DNA of 64,000 nucleotides. Origin: a bacterium (GTDB lineage Bacteria; Patescibacteriota; Saccharimonadia; CAILAD01; GCA-016700035). Positions 50,901 to 62,827 of this stretch are shown here, one piece after another. The stretch covers positions 526,790 through 590,789 of the forward strand of contig CP064998.1 of assembly GCA_016700035.1 (NCBI GenBank), in the 5' to 3' direction. Below the pieces are notes generated by a model. The model saw only the letters and a program-made list of their open reading frames with translations. It was not told the DNA's origin and ran no database searches. Made by a program: the position numbers and the translations under genes. How positions within the stretch are numbered: position 1 is the stretch's first letter; every line of letters starts with the position of its first letter.

Positions 50901-51597
50901 TGATCACCAGCCCTAGCCCAAGCTCTTTAGAGAGTTTACGCAAGCCAGCATTTACCTTATCCTGCGGTTCCCAGCCAATATGTGGCTGCATCTCTAAATA
51001 ATAATTATCCTGACCAAACGTTTTTGCATACCATTGGGCTGTTTTTTTAGCTTCCTCATAGTTATCGGCTAATAAATGCGTGCCAACCTCACCACCAATA
51101 CAGCCAGTTAAGGCAATTATGCCTTCGTGATACTGCTCGATAAGATCTCGATCAATCCGTGGCTTATAATAAAACCCCTCGAGATTGGCAGTCGTTGATA
51201 ATTTCACCAAATTTTTATAACCAACTTTATTAGTGGCAAGCAGCGTTAGATGATATGGTGTGCGATCTTCACGGGTAGATTTGTCGGTGTGCTTGCGTGG
51301 CGCAACATAAGCCTCCATACCAATGATTGGTTTAATGTCGCGTTTTTTACACTCTTTATAAAAGTCGATGACCCCAGAGAGAGTGCCGTGATCAGTGATC
51401 GCCACGGCCGCCTGGCCCAATTCTTGTACCCAATCGAGCATATCTGGTACTTTCTGCAAGCCATCTAAAAGTGAGTAATGAGTATGATTATGTAAGTGCA
51501 CAAAAGGAGTAATTTGCTCCTTCACTGCCGTTGCCGACCCCTGTTTCTCACCCACTTGCTTGACCATGTTAATTCTATTATAAGCCATCAATGCCAC
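47959..51597 (-). CDS. dnaE: DNA polymerase III alpha subunit (true start probably Met at 51567)
   Basis: PHP domain HLHNHTHYSLLDG, then a Pol IIIalpha core and an OB fold. 1212 aa. Confidence 0.92.
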   Translation of the reverse strand: MALMAYNRINMVKQVGEKQGSATAVKEQITPFVHLHNHTHYSLLDGLQKVPDMLDWVQELGQAAVAITDHGTLSGVIDFYKECKKRDIKPIIGMEAYVAPRKHTDKSTREDRTPYHLTLLATNKVGYKNLVKLSTTANLEGFYYKPRIDRDLIEQYHEGIIALTGCIGGEVGTHLLADNYEEAKKTAQWYAKTFGQDNYYLEMQPHIGWEPQDKVNAGLRKLSKELGLGLVITGDAHYSKEEQHYAHDILLCVQTGSTIEDPNRFKLDQDLSIHSGVSIAERFPDDLEALENTVKIAERCNLEIELGNILIPKFDVPEGRSEREYLRELVYQGAMWRYGDIPKEDITHHNEKSAKARLSKEIVARIEYELEVIARMGYDGYFLIVADLLNWSKNNGIVCGPGRGSAAGSIVAYVTNITDLDPIKYDLLFERFLNPDRISMPDIDMDFADDRREEVIAYATEKYGQEKVAQIITFGVMAARNAVRDTGRVLAMPYSEVDAVAKLIPAPIQGRHIPLKKSIVDDPDLKKEYEGNPRTKRLIDIAMQLEGTIRNAGTHAAGVVIAPESLVEYVPLTRASKGGVSTQYIGTTVEDLGLLKFDFLGLSNLTIIKNALRIIKKVYGRTIDVGGIPIDDRATYELLARGDTTGVFQLESAGMKRYIRELKPDRFEDIIAMVALYRPGPMQWIDDFISRKHNPERIAYDHAKMESALKETYGIIVYQEQVMQISKDLCGFTGGQADTLRKGIGKKIPEVIAKMKQDFIEGAIKHSGAERDFVEKLWASIEDFAAYCFNKSHAACYALIAVQTAYLKAHYPAAFMAAVLTSDHGNLDRVAIEVSECRKMGIPVLPPDINESFAEFAVVKNGGVNDEDVIRFGLAAIKNVGVGPVNAILVARDEGGPFSSIEDFVRRVDAREINKKAIEALMKVGAFDSIGDRATLYANLEKIVVYMSKVQKNALSGQIDIFGSLGVSEEVPSLPLDAPGEIIGEREFLQWEKELLGLYISSHPLREVDAWLSEKTTPASGLKPEMDGEKVVVGGVITTVRKIVTKKGDAMAFVGLETIAGDMEVIVFPRAYDATPELWAEDMLVVIQGKVNAKDRDGKTTEEVKVMADKAKRLDTSVLKHYIATGEKIMPDVDPSTTQSVDRIIITLKDLKDQTALLQLKSTLQSVPGETETLLLLSSTGQKIRLPYKIAVSEKLKQTLAGIISEDAIKVE

Positions 51598-51605
51598 AAG
51601 GTTAA
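51577..51605 (-). promoter_or_regulatory. candidate dnaE promoter, leaderless configuration
   Basis: On the minus strand, TTAACC-17 nt-TATAAT, then 9 nt to the Met at 51567. Confidence 0.4.
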
Positions 51606-51673
51606 GCTTGTAATTATATAAAAAAAGTTATAGTATACACTTTCCGCACCTTAAGCAAAATGGAGTAAGGAAA

Positions 51674-52297
51674 ATGCCATCACAACCAAGCATCTCAGCT
51701 ACTGATGCTGAATCCGCCTACCACGCCCTGGAGCGCTGGCTCAAGGCACGCCAGTTGGAGAGCTGGCTCGAGCACCTGTCGGTTATCTGGCTTGATACCG
51801 ATCAGGCTGAGGTCTATGCTCGTAGTGGTGCCACTCGAGGTGTTGAGGCGGCTCGTGTCGAAGCCCTAGGATCGCTACACATACCAAGCGCTTTTGGTGG
51901 GCAGATTCTAGCTGGCGACGGTCAAGTTATCGGTGCCGTTGGTATTAACATAACCCTAAACGCCCGTGAGGCCACGCTAATCTGTGCTCTACTCGTAGAG
52001 TTTACTTCTGACCCATACCAGCCCGATAATGTCATGTTGCAGCTTTTGATCGAAGAGCACTTCATCGAACGAGGTATCACACCGCCCTCCATACCAATTC
52101 AAACCGGGACTAGCGCTAGAATATCGTCACAAGCTGGCTTGCAATCTCTGATTGCTGGCGCTACCGCACAAGGGCTTTTGCCAGGTGGACAATACGGTAT
52201 ACCGCCACTGGAACCAGCCAGACTACCCCAACCAGCACCAGGTACTAGCCTCATCACCCATGTTCCTGGCTTCGGTGGAGGCATAAGCCTCGACTGA
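51674..52297 (+). CDS. GlcG/HbpS-like (DUF336) domain protein with Pro/Gly-rich C-terminal tail
   Basis: The block DGQVIGAVGINITLNAREATLICALL resembles the GlcG family core (DGQVVGAIGVSG...). GC is elevated. 207 aa. Confidence 0.35.
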   Translation: MPSQPSISATDAESAYHALERWLKARQLESWLEHLSVIWLDTDQAEVYARSGATRGVEAARVEALGSLHIPSAFGGQILAGDGQVIGAVGINITLNAREATLICALLVEFTSDPYQPDNVMLQLLIEEHFIERGITPPSIPIQTGTSARISSQAGLQSLIAGATAQGLLPGGQYGIPPLEPARLPQPAPGTSLITHVPGFGGGISLD

Positions 52298-52430
52298 CAT
52301 ACTGGCAGATACTCTATCAATAGAAGAGTGTCTGCCACTTTTATTAAATTACCATAAAGAATAATTAGCGCAAGAATGACCTTGCACAGGATAAATAAAA
52401 AATATATAGGTTTACTTATCTAATATATTA

Positions 52431-52733
52431 TTACTTTGGAGTGGTTGTTTGAGTTGTGGCATTCTCCTGAACGGAACGAATAAAATCACCAATATACGGC
52501 AAACCACCAAATACTGCTACCAGCCAACCTAATAAAATAATTGCTAGAGCGACCCCAATAGTGAGGCCAATACCGCGATAGATACCAGCTCGAAAATTCA
52601 ACCAAGCAAAGCGCCATTTATCATTTAAAAGGTTAACAAACTCCTCAGCGCCTACCAGGTTTGCTGCCTGCTCTGCAGTATCTAATGTTTGAGCTCTTGA
52701 AGCTGTTTTACTATTTTTTGGATGATTTAGCAC
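52431..52733 (-). CDS. small membrane protein, 100 aa
   Basis: A single long hydrophobic segment (GIGLTIGVALAIILLGWLVAVFGGL). It lies downstream of the YtxH-like gene. Confidence 0.4.
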   Translation of the reverse strand: MLNHPKNSKTASRAQTLDTAEQAANLVGAEEFVNLLNDKWRFAWLNFRAGIYRGIGLTIGVALAIILLGWLVAVFGGLPYIGDFIRSVQENATTQTTTPK

Positions 52734-53232
52734 GGGCTGCTGGTTTATTAGTGGTCTTCTTAACTGGCTTACTGACTGATCCAGCTACCTTATCGGCTGA
52801 TTTCTTAACTTCTTTTGAAAGCTTAGTAGCCTCACGTTTGGTTGATGTACCAATCTTCTTACCAAGCACTTCCAGCTCTTCAGCCACCGCTTTAGCCTCG
52901 ACCATTAATTTCTTAGCTTCCTCTAAAAGATCGTCTTTAATATCGCCAGATGCACTAGATAACTTAAGCGCAACAGCGCTCATCTGCTCTTTAAGCTTCT
53001 CAGCTCGACGCATCAATTCCTTAGTCTCTTTAACAGAATCGTCCTTAACGCGCACACTAGCTTCTCTAACTTTTTCTAGTCCAGCAGAAAGCTGATCTTT
53101 CGCTTCATCAAAACCCTTACCAATATCTTCGCGAGTTTCCTTACCACTCTGTGGAGCAAACAATAATGCGCCGATTCCCGCTACTAACGCCCCAAGCCCC
53201 AAGCCTTTTAAAAAACCACCTTTTTTTGACAT
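52711..53232 (-). CDS. YtxH-like stress protein (N-terminal Gly-zipper helix + coiled coil)
   Basis: GFLKGLGLGALVAGIGALLFAPQSGKETRED is a YtxH-type N-terminus. The remainder is Lys/Glu-rich coiled coil. Confidence 0.6.
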   Translation of the reverse strand: MSKKGGFLKGLGLGALVAGIGALLFAPQSGKETREDIGKGFDEAKDQLSAGLEKVREASVRVKDDSVKETKELMRRAEKLKEQMSAVALKLSSASGDIKDDLLEEAKKLMVEAKAVAEELEVLGKKIGTSTKREATKLSKEVKKSADKVAGSVSKPVKKTTNKPAARAKSSKK

Positions 53233-53234
53233 AA

Positions 53235-53498
53235 CTATCTCCTTTTTCGCTTATTTCCTGATGTGGCGCGCATTACTTGAGCAAATATGGCGCTCATTGT
53301 TACTGGATTAATTATCTTATCTTTTATCTCATGCACAATATCAGTAGCTGTTTTTGTGCCATCTTGAGCCAATTCAGCAACATATTGAACCGTTTTAAGG
53401 AGTTTTTTGGTCGCTATAAAGACTGCTATCATAATCCCCAAAAGCACAAGTACAGCAATTGACATGACGATAATCAGAATAAATAATGTAGTTTCCAT
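53235..53498 (-). CDS. DUF948-like small membrane protein
   Basis: 87 aa with an N-terminal TM helix and a charged helix. It has the typical partner position upstream of YtxH. Confidence 0.5.
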   Translation of the reverse strand: METTLFILIIVMSIAVLVLLGIMIAVFIATKKLLKTVQYVAELAQDGTKTATDIVHEIKDKIINPVTMSAIFAQVMRATSGNKRKRR

Positions 53499-53501
53499 AG
53501 T

Positions 53502-54158
53502 TTAAATCCTTTTCTTCCGTCTTATTGTACCAGTTTTAGTAGCATTCAGGCGAGGTTTTACAACCCGCTGTTTTTGAACTGTACTGCGAGTTGCTCGCTC
53601 AAGTAGTGTAAAAGAATTTCGATCAATCACGCTATTTGGCACAACAAAAATCCTACCAGCACTATCTTTCAGGCGACTTTTACGCGTATCCATATCAACG
53701 ATAACCCCCTCAATTTTCTGGTCAAGAGGCCCCACTCGTACCTTATCACCAATTCTAAAATGCCTATCTCGAGCTAGATTAAGACCCGAAATTGTGTCGC
53801 CAACTGTAGCCGAAAAGCCTTGTGCAAATGCCAGCGCCAGCACTGCAAATGCTCCAGACATCGCCAAGGCAACGTTAGATAATCCGGCCAACTGCAGTAA
53901 AGCGATGGAGAGCAAAATCCATAGCACCATATCAAGGAGCTTAACGCTAACCTTAATCATGCCGCGGGGCAGCTTAGCTAAACCTAACGCCCGAGTTAAC
54001 ACCTTAGACAGTACACGGATTGCAATAAAGCCAATAATAAAAAGCAAAATCGCCTTCGGTATACTCGGGGCCGTCCCCCCTAGCCATACAGTAACTGGCT
54101 CCAGCAACGTATGGGCTGAATTGGCAATATCCTGCTGAGCGGCGGCGAGATAAATCAT
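53502..54158 (-). CDS. small-conductance mechanosensitive channel (MscS family)
   Basis: TM helices followed by an MscS beta-domain-like region (RIGDKVRVGPLDQKIEGVIVDMDTRKSRL). Confidence 0.6.
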   Translation of the reverse strand: MIYLAAAQQDIANSAHTLLEPVTVWLGGTAPSIPKAILLFIIGFIAIRVLSKVLTRALGLAKLPRGMIKVSVKLLDMVLWILLSIALLQLAGLSNVALAMSGAFAVLALAFAQGFSATVGDTISGLNLARDRHFRIGDKVRVGPLDQKIEGVIVDMDTRKSRLKDSAGRIFVVPNSVIDRNSFTLLERATRSTVQKQRVVKPRLNATKTGTIRRKKRI

Positions 54159-54174
54159 ATCAATACTATACCGC

Positions 54175-55632
54175 TTAAGCTGACTCTAGGGTAGCCCTAA
54201 CAATTTTATTTACTACCTGCGGATTGGCCTGCCCCTTCGTCTCTTTCATCGCTTGACCCACAAGAAACCCTAGTGCCTTTGCCTGTCCAGCTTGATAGTC
54301 GGCAACTGCCTGTGGGTTAGCCTTGATTATTACCTCAACAATCGCGACTAAAGCTCCTTCATCGGAGATTTGCTCAATCCCCATACGTTGCATAATTTCA
54401 TCAGGAGCATCATCGGTTTTACATATTTCAGCAAAAATCTGCTTAGCTTGACTAGAGGAAATGTCGCCAGCAAGCTCCAATTCAATTAGGCGTGCCAATT
54501 GCTCAGATGTGAATGGCGTATTAATAGTTGAGGCAGCATTATCGTCGCCGGCAGTTTGCGCTTTAATCCAAGCCTGATATTCACCCACTAACCAATTAAC
54601 TAATTTGCGCTCACCCTTGCCTGCTACCAACTTGCGCGTTTCGGTAAAAAATCTAGCAGTATTTTGCTGCTTGATGAGCACATCTTGCTCATCAACACTT
54701 AGTCCCAACTCCACCAGCTCGCGCCGAATTGCAATCGGCAAAGGAATTGTTTTAATATGCGCTTCTTTTTCAAGCATTGCAGTTGTCACTACGATTGGTG
54801 GAATATCAGGCTCCGGAAAATACCGATAGTCGTGCGCTTCTTCTTTAGAGCGCTGAGAGAATGTCTTACCTTTCGCATCATCAAAACCTCGTGTCTCCTG
54901 GTCTATCTCGCCACCCTTTTCAAGTATTTCGATTTGGCGACCAATTTCGTACTTCAAAGCTCGCTCAGCATTACGAAAACTATTTAGATTCTTCAGCTCA
55001 GTTCTGGTACCAAGTGAGTTATTCCGAGAAACCGAAACATTTAGATCGAACTTCATATTGCCATGTTGCATATCTCCGTGCGTTACCCCAAGTGTTGTGG
55101 CAATTGCATATATTTCCTCCAGATAGCGCCGAGCTTCGTAGGGTGTATGCATATCTGGATAGGACACAATCTCCAGTAGTGGTGTACCAGCTCGATTGAG
55201 GTCCACCAAAGAATAGTCCTTGCCAGCCGGATGGATGAGCTTACCAGCATCCTCTTCCAAGTGCGCTCGTTCAATACGAACCTTGCAAAACTTACCGTCG
55301 ACCAATATTTCAATATAGCCCTCTTCAATAATTGGCTGGTCAAACTGAGTAATTTGATAGCCCTTGGGATTATCGGGATAAAAATAATTTTTGCGATCAA
55401 ACTTGGTATGCTCACGAATTTTAGCGTTCAAACCATACCCCAAGCGAATAGCTAGCTGTACAGCCTGGGCATTTGGTAGCGGCAAAGTACCCGGATAAGC
55501 CAAGCAAATGGGGCAAACGTGAGTATTGGGCTCAGCAGTTTTTGAGTCATTATCACAAGCACAAAACATCTTCGATTTTGTGGCTAGCTGAACATGGATT
55601 TCTATACCAATAGTTGGCTTATATTCACTCAT
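54175..55632 (-). CDS. gatB: Asp/Glu-tRNA amidotransferase subunit B
   Basis: MSEYKPTIGIEIHVQL is a canonical GatB N-terminus. 485 aa. Confidence 0.92.
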   Translation of the reverse strand: MSEYKPTIGIEIHVQLATKSKMFCACDNDSKTAEPNTHVCPICLAYPGTLPLPNAQAVQLAIRLGYGLNAKIREHTKFDRKNYFYPDNPKGYQITQFDQPIIEEGYIEILVDGKFCKVRIERAHLEEDAGKLIHPAGKDYSLVDLNRAGTPLLEIVSYPDMHTPYEARRYLEEIYAIATTLGVTHGDMQHGNMKFDLNVSVSRNNSLGTRTELKNLNSFRNAERALKYEIGRQIEILEKGGEIDQETRGFDDAKGKTFSQRSKEEAHDYRYFPEPDIPPIVVTTAMLEKEAHIKTIPLPIAIRRELVELGLSVDEQDVLIKQQNTARFFTETRKLVAGKGERKLVNWLVGEYQAWIKAQTAGDDNAASTINTPFTSEQLARLIELELAGDISSSQAKQIFAEICKTDDAPDEIMQRMGIEQISDEGALVAIVEVIIKANPQAVADYQAGQAKALGFLVGQAMKETKGQANPQVVNKIVRATLESA

Positions 55633-56087
55633 ACCAGCTTAACTCCCAGATCAGAAATAGCTCGACCCAATGCAGCAATAGCATTAGTAACTTGCGGCTT
55701 AACAATATCAACATGAACATCATGAGCCACTTGGTTACGTAATTTATGCGCCGACCACACGCCATTGAGATCGGAAAAACGATCTCCATGATGCTTTAAG
55801 CGATCACCCATGGTTTCACCAGTAAAGCCTTGGGCGCGCATTACATAATCGAGTAATTTATCGGCCTCCATCAAGGCATTTTTTAATCCCATACCACCCT
55901 GTCCTTGCATGTGTGAAATCTCAACCCAACGCTGACGGACTAACTCGGCATCAAGTGTTGGTCGAATTGGATTATCACCTGCAATATCATTATTGTCGTG
56001 CGATAATCGTGAAGTATCGCCTTTACGCATATAGGCCAGTAACCCACCAATGACTATCACTGCCAAAATAACCGATACAAACGTCAT
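55629..56087 (-). CDS. membrane-anchored hypothetical protein with HEPN-like Rx4H motif
   Basis: An N-terminal TM helix (FVSVILAVIVIGGLLAY). The C-terminal motif HKLRNQVAH has R-x4-H. Its start and stop overlap gatA and gatB by 4 nt each. Confidence 0.5.
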   Translation of the reverse strand: MTFVSVILAVIVIGGLLAYMRKGDTSRLSHDNNDIAGDNPIRPTLDAELVRQRWVEISHMQGQGGMGLKNALMEADKLLDYVMRAQGFTGETMGDRLKHHGDRFSDLNGVWSAHKLRNQVAHDVHVDIVKPQVTNAIAALGRAISDLGVKLV

Positions 56088-57508
56088 AACATAACCTTGT
56101 CTAGTTTTACATTTAGTATTTGCTCAGCTTGAGAGGCTACAGTAAATAATTGAGCCTCACCTTTTTGTGGTGCCATTATCTGCAAGCCCAGCGGCATAGC
56201 ATCAATTCCTTGGATTGGCAAAGAAAGAGCAGGAATACCCGCTAAATTAGCCGCCACAGTCATAATATCTGCCAAATACATCTCGGTTGGATTAGTGGAA
56301 TGTTCACCAAACTTAAAAGCCTCAGTCGGCGTAGTGGGACCAATTAAAATATCGAATTCCGAGAACGCCTTATCAAAATCCCTGCATATTAAGGTTCGTA
56401 ATTGCATAGCTTTTTTATAATACGCATCATAATATCCGGCCGATAGCGCATAAGTTCCGGTCAATATTCGACGCTTAACCTCTGGACCAAAAAACATGCC
56501 TCGGGTAGCCGAGTACATAGCTTCTAGACCGCCCGAAGATTCGGCGGTTGAGCCATAACGAATACCATCATAGCGCTCTAGATTTGATGAAATTTCCGAT
56601 GGAGTTAGTACGTAGTAGCAAGGCAGAGCAAATTCCAGGCTCGACAATGACACCTCCACAAGTTCCCAGCCAGAGTCCCGTAGTTGCGAGAAAACCGCAT
56701 TATATTGTGCGCTAACTTCGTCACTTAAATATTCTACATATTCTCGCACCACTCCAATCCGCCTGAGCTGGTTATCATAGGTGTCAGTAGCTTCAGAGGA
56801 GATTGTTGTGGCATCCATTGGGTCCTGACCGGCCATAATATCGGTCAGTAGCTCCGCATCTTCTACAGTGTGCGCAAACGGACCAACTACATCAAGAGAA
56901 CTAGCCATAGCAACCACACCGTAGCGACTAATCAGGCCATAGGTTGGCTTAACCCCCACTACCCCACAATAGCTGGCTGGCTGACGAATTGACCCTCCTG
57001 TATCGGTACCGATGGAAAATAGCCCAATTCCAGCCGCTAGAGCCGCTGCCGATCCACCAGAGCTACCACCCGGTACTCGACTAAGATCGCGCGGATTATG
57101 ACTTGGCCCATAGGCCGAATATTCAGTCGATCCGCCATGCGCATACTCATCCTGATTAACTTTAGCTATTAAAATTGCCCCTTCGGCCTCGAGCTTAGCA
57201 ACTGCTGTTGCGGTGTATGGCGCAACAAAAGTATCGAGCATCTTTGAGGCGGCTGTAGTGCGAACCCCATCAACTAAGAACATGTCTTTCGCCGTAAAAG
57301 GAATTCCTTCTAGCCGACCTAACTTCTCACCATTCTTGCGTCGTTCGTCACTGGCTCGAGCAGTGGCTAGAGCCCGTTCATCAAGTCGAGTTAGTACCGA
57401 TGCAACTTTCTCATCTACTGCGTCAATCCGCTCAAAAGCTTGGCGCACCAAATCAGTGGCCGTCAAATCACCCTGCTCGAGCTTCTTGAGCGCTTCAGCA
57501 ATTGTCAT
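56084..57508 (-). CDS. gatA: Glu-tRNA(Gln) amidotransferase subunit A
   Basis: Amidase signature GGSSGGSAAALA. 474 aa. Confidence 0.92.
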   Translation of the reverse strand: MTIAEALKKLEQGDLTATDLVRQAFERIDAVDEKVASVLTRLDERALATARASDERRKNGEKLGRLEGIPFTAKDMFLVDGVRTTAASKMLDTFVAPYTATAVAKLEAEGAILIAKVNQDEYAHGGSTEYSAYGPSHNPRDLSRVPGGSSGGSAAALAAGIGLFSIGTDTGGSIRQPASYCGVVGVKPTYGLISRYGVVAMASSLDVVGPFAHTVEDAELLTDIMAGQDPMDATTISSEATDTYDNQLRRIGVVREYVEYLSDEVSAQYNAVFSQLRDSGWELVEVSLSSLEFALPCYYVLTPSEISSNLERYDGIRYGSTAESSGGLEAMYSATRGMFFGPEVKRRILTGTYALSAGYYDAYYKKAMQLRTLICRDFDKAFSEFDILIGPTTPTEAFKFGEHSTNPTEMYLADIMTVAANLAGIPALSLPIQGIDAMPLGLQIMAPQKGEAQLFTVASQAEQILNVKLDKVML

Positions 57509-57801
57509 TAGCCAAGCACTCGCTTAACTACAATATAGCCATTTTCATGGCGTGGCGCAGATTGCAAAAGTCTTTCTGGATTTACAGAGGATGGCTTTAC
57601 GACATCTTCCCGTAAAACATCCTGAAGGCCAGTCACTTGACTAGTCGGCTCAACATTATCTGTCTGAGTAGCCTGCATAGCGTCTACTAAATGTAATATT
57701 TGACCAACCCCCTGCGTAGTAGCTCGCGCATCATCATCAGAAAATGCAATCCGCGCCAAACGGGCAACGTGGGCAATTTTTTCTTCACTTACTTGGCTCA
57801 T
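57508..57801 (-). CDS. gatC: Asp/Glu-tRNA amidotransferase subunit C
   Basis: 97 aa. It lies upstream of gatA with a 1-nt overlap. The sequence is GatC-like. Confidence 0.8.
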   Translation of the reverse strand: MSQVSEEKIAHVARLARIAFSDDDARATTQGVGQILHLVDAMQATQTDNVEPTSQVTGLQDVLREDVVKPSSVNPERLLQSAPRHENGYIVVKRVLG

Positions 57802-57846
57802 ATCAAACTATATTATACCAGTAAAACCAATATCTGTAAGACACTT

Positions 57847-58968
57847 CTATTGATAGCGCTGGGAATTAACTGCCCACTGCTTAGTGGAGGAATTTTGACT
57901 AACCAAATAGGCATAGGTCTGAGTATAGGTGGTGTCAGCCGAATAATCCGACTTTGAAACAAACGTAATAGTTTCAATAACTTCATACTGATCACCTTTT
58001 TTGTCGGTATTGACGCGTCGATATGTTGTCGGATAGTTGTATTGTCGACTAGACGAAGTCACGTCAGAAAAATTATATTCAGCCGCAAAAGCATCAGTCA
58101 TATACTTCCGCATCTCTGCCACATTGCCAGCAATATAGGCTTGCGTCCAAAGCGAAACTGCTTCTTCGGCATTAGCCTTATCTTGCTTAGCCTGATCTTC
58201 TTGTGATTTTTGAGCATCCTGCTTGGCTTTTTCTTCATCCTGAGCTGTCTGATAAGCTTCGGTCACTGTGGCGTAACGTTCATTAAGCTTAAAAAAGTCA
58301 TCTGGATAAAAACCCTGTAAATAACTAATTTGCTTCTGTACGTCCTCAAGTGCTAATTTTGTTGCAGTAGCAACTGAGCTCAATTCATTAAGCTGAGCCT
58401 CATCAACATCTTTTAAATTAGCTGCCTGATCTTTGGCTATCTCGACATATTTATCGAGTTGATCCAAGCCTTTCAAATATTCAACTTTTGTTGTCTTATC
58501 ACCCAGTAGCTCCGGCATTTTCTGAGTAGTAGCCTGGCTATCATTAACTTTGTTCTGCATATCCAAAAGACTTTTTTCAACATCACCAAAGCTCGTGTAA
58601 GTTGCCTGCTCAGCATTAGTCGTGACGAGCTCTGAGGCTGCAATCAACTCACGCCAATTTTTACTATAATATTCCTGCGCTAGCGTACGATTACGCCACG
58701 CCATAAAGCCCAGTCCAACTGCAATCAAAACTACCACAGACAGCAGTAAAAATAACCAAACCTTAGGCCTCTTGTGCCATGGCCGAAGGTCAGTTGTCTT
58801 CTTTTCCATGCCATCGGTTAGCTCTACCGGAGCATGCGACTCAAGATTTGAATCTTCCACGATATCATCTTCTTTATCTAGTCCAAGCTGGTCTTCCAGT
58901 ATTGGTTCAGTCGGCTTTTTATTGTCACTCATTACTCTTATGGTACGCCAAGTTATTTTAGCCGACAA
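57847..58968 (-). CDS. hypothetical membrane-anchored coiled-coil protein (start possibly internal Met MSDNKK)
   Basis: One TM helix (VWLFLLLSVVVLIAVGLGFMAW) and a long Gln/Lys/Glu-rich coiled coil. The C-terminal region may have an NTF2-like fold. Confidence 0.4.
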   Translation of the reverse strand: MSAKITWRTIRVMSDNKKPTEPILEDQLGLDKEDDIVEDSNLESHAPVELTDGMEKKTTDLRPWHKRPKVWLFLLLSVVVLIAVGLGFMAWRNRTLAQEYYSKNWRELIAASELVTTNAEQATYTSFGDVEKSLLDMQNKVNDSQATTQKMPELLGDKTTKVEYLKGLDQLDKYVEIAKDQAANLKDVDEAQLNELSSVATATKLALEDVQKQISYLQGFYPDDFFKLNERYATVTEAYQTAQDEEKAKQDAQKSQEDQAKQDKANAEEAVSLWTQAYIAGNVAEMRKYMTDAFAAEYNFSDVTSSSRQYNYPTTYRRVNTDKKGDQYEVIETITFVSKSDYSADTTYTQTYAYLVSQNSSTKQWAVNSQRYQ

Positions 58969-58980
58969 GTTTTTTATTCT

Positions 58981-61728
<2,748 letters not shown>

Positions 61729-61732
<4 letters not shown>

Positions 61733-62643
61733 GCATGATCTCCCATCTGTCGTAATCGTTTTACTCGCTCGGCAGTTGGTGGATGGGTTGAAAATAACCC
61801 AGCCGCAAACCCTCGCGCATCTTTCCCTTCCACATTAGCGCGCATCGGATTTATGATGTACATATTAGCGGTAGCTTTATTGGCTGCCTCCAGTGGCTCT
61901 TTATCACCCGATATTTTTTCCAATGCATCCGCCAGACCATCTGGATAGCGCGTTAAAAGTGCAGCCGAAGCATCAGCTAGATACTCACGCTTGCGACTAA
62001 CTGCCAGCTGAATAATCACTCCAATAATTGGCGCCACTATCGCCAAAGCGATTGCCACCAAGAAAAAGATCGGGTTCGAGTTACCCCCCGGACTATCATC
62101 ATCGCCGCCGCCCACCAGCCACCCCCAACGCAAGAAAAAGTCCGATAGCAAAGCAATCACCGACACCAATACGGCAATCAAACTCATAATGCGGATATCA
62201 TAATTACCAATGTGTGAGAGCTCGTGAGCCAGCACTCCTTCCAGCTCTCTCTTGTCGAGTTTTTGTAAAAGCCCAGTCGTAACGCATACCACTGCATGTT
62301 GAGGATCGCGCCCGGTCGCAAAGGCATTTGGGGCAGTATCGTCAATTACATAAAGCCGTGGCATCGGCAAACCAGCTGTGATAGTGAGATTTTCTAGCGT
62401 GCGATATAGTTCCGGTGCATCAGCCTTTTTCACCTCCTTAGCCCCCGACACAGCCAGCACCATTTTGTCCGAGTTGTAGTAGCTAATCCAGGTGTAGAGA
62501 ATTGACGAACCAGCCGCAATAAACAGTATCCACGGACTATCCAGAGCCTGGGCAAAAACCCAGCCGATAAGCACTGTAACAATCAGGAAGGCCAGGACCA
62601 AAATAGTTGAGTTACGTTTATTCTTTGCAACCTCTGTATACAT
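61729..62643 (-). CDS. htpX: zinc metalloprotease HtpX (M48)
   Basis: HELSH zinc motif and TM helices. 304 aa. Confidence 0.88.
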
Positions 62644-62827
62644 AATCTAATTATACTTGATTTATAAGTTATTTTATATTGCTTTTTTATATATTTTATT
62701 GTCTAGTATCTATAATGCTACCCACTTAGTAAAAGGTGTTTATGATGAATCCACACTCCCCCAAATACTATAAAGACCCGATCAACGCCGGGTCTTTATA
62801 GTATTTACTTAGCTACTTTGAGCCAGA

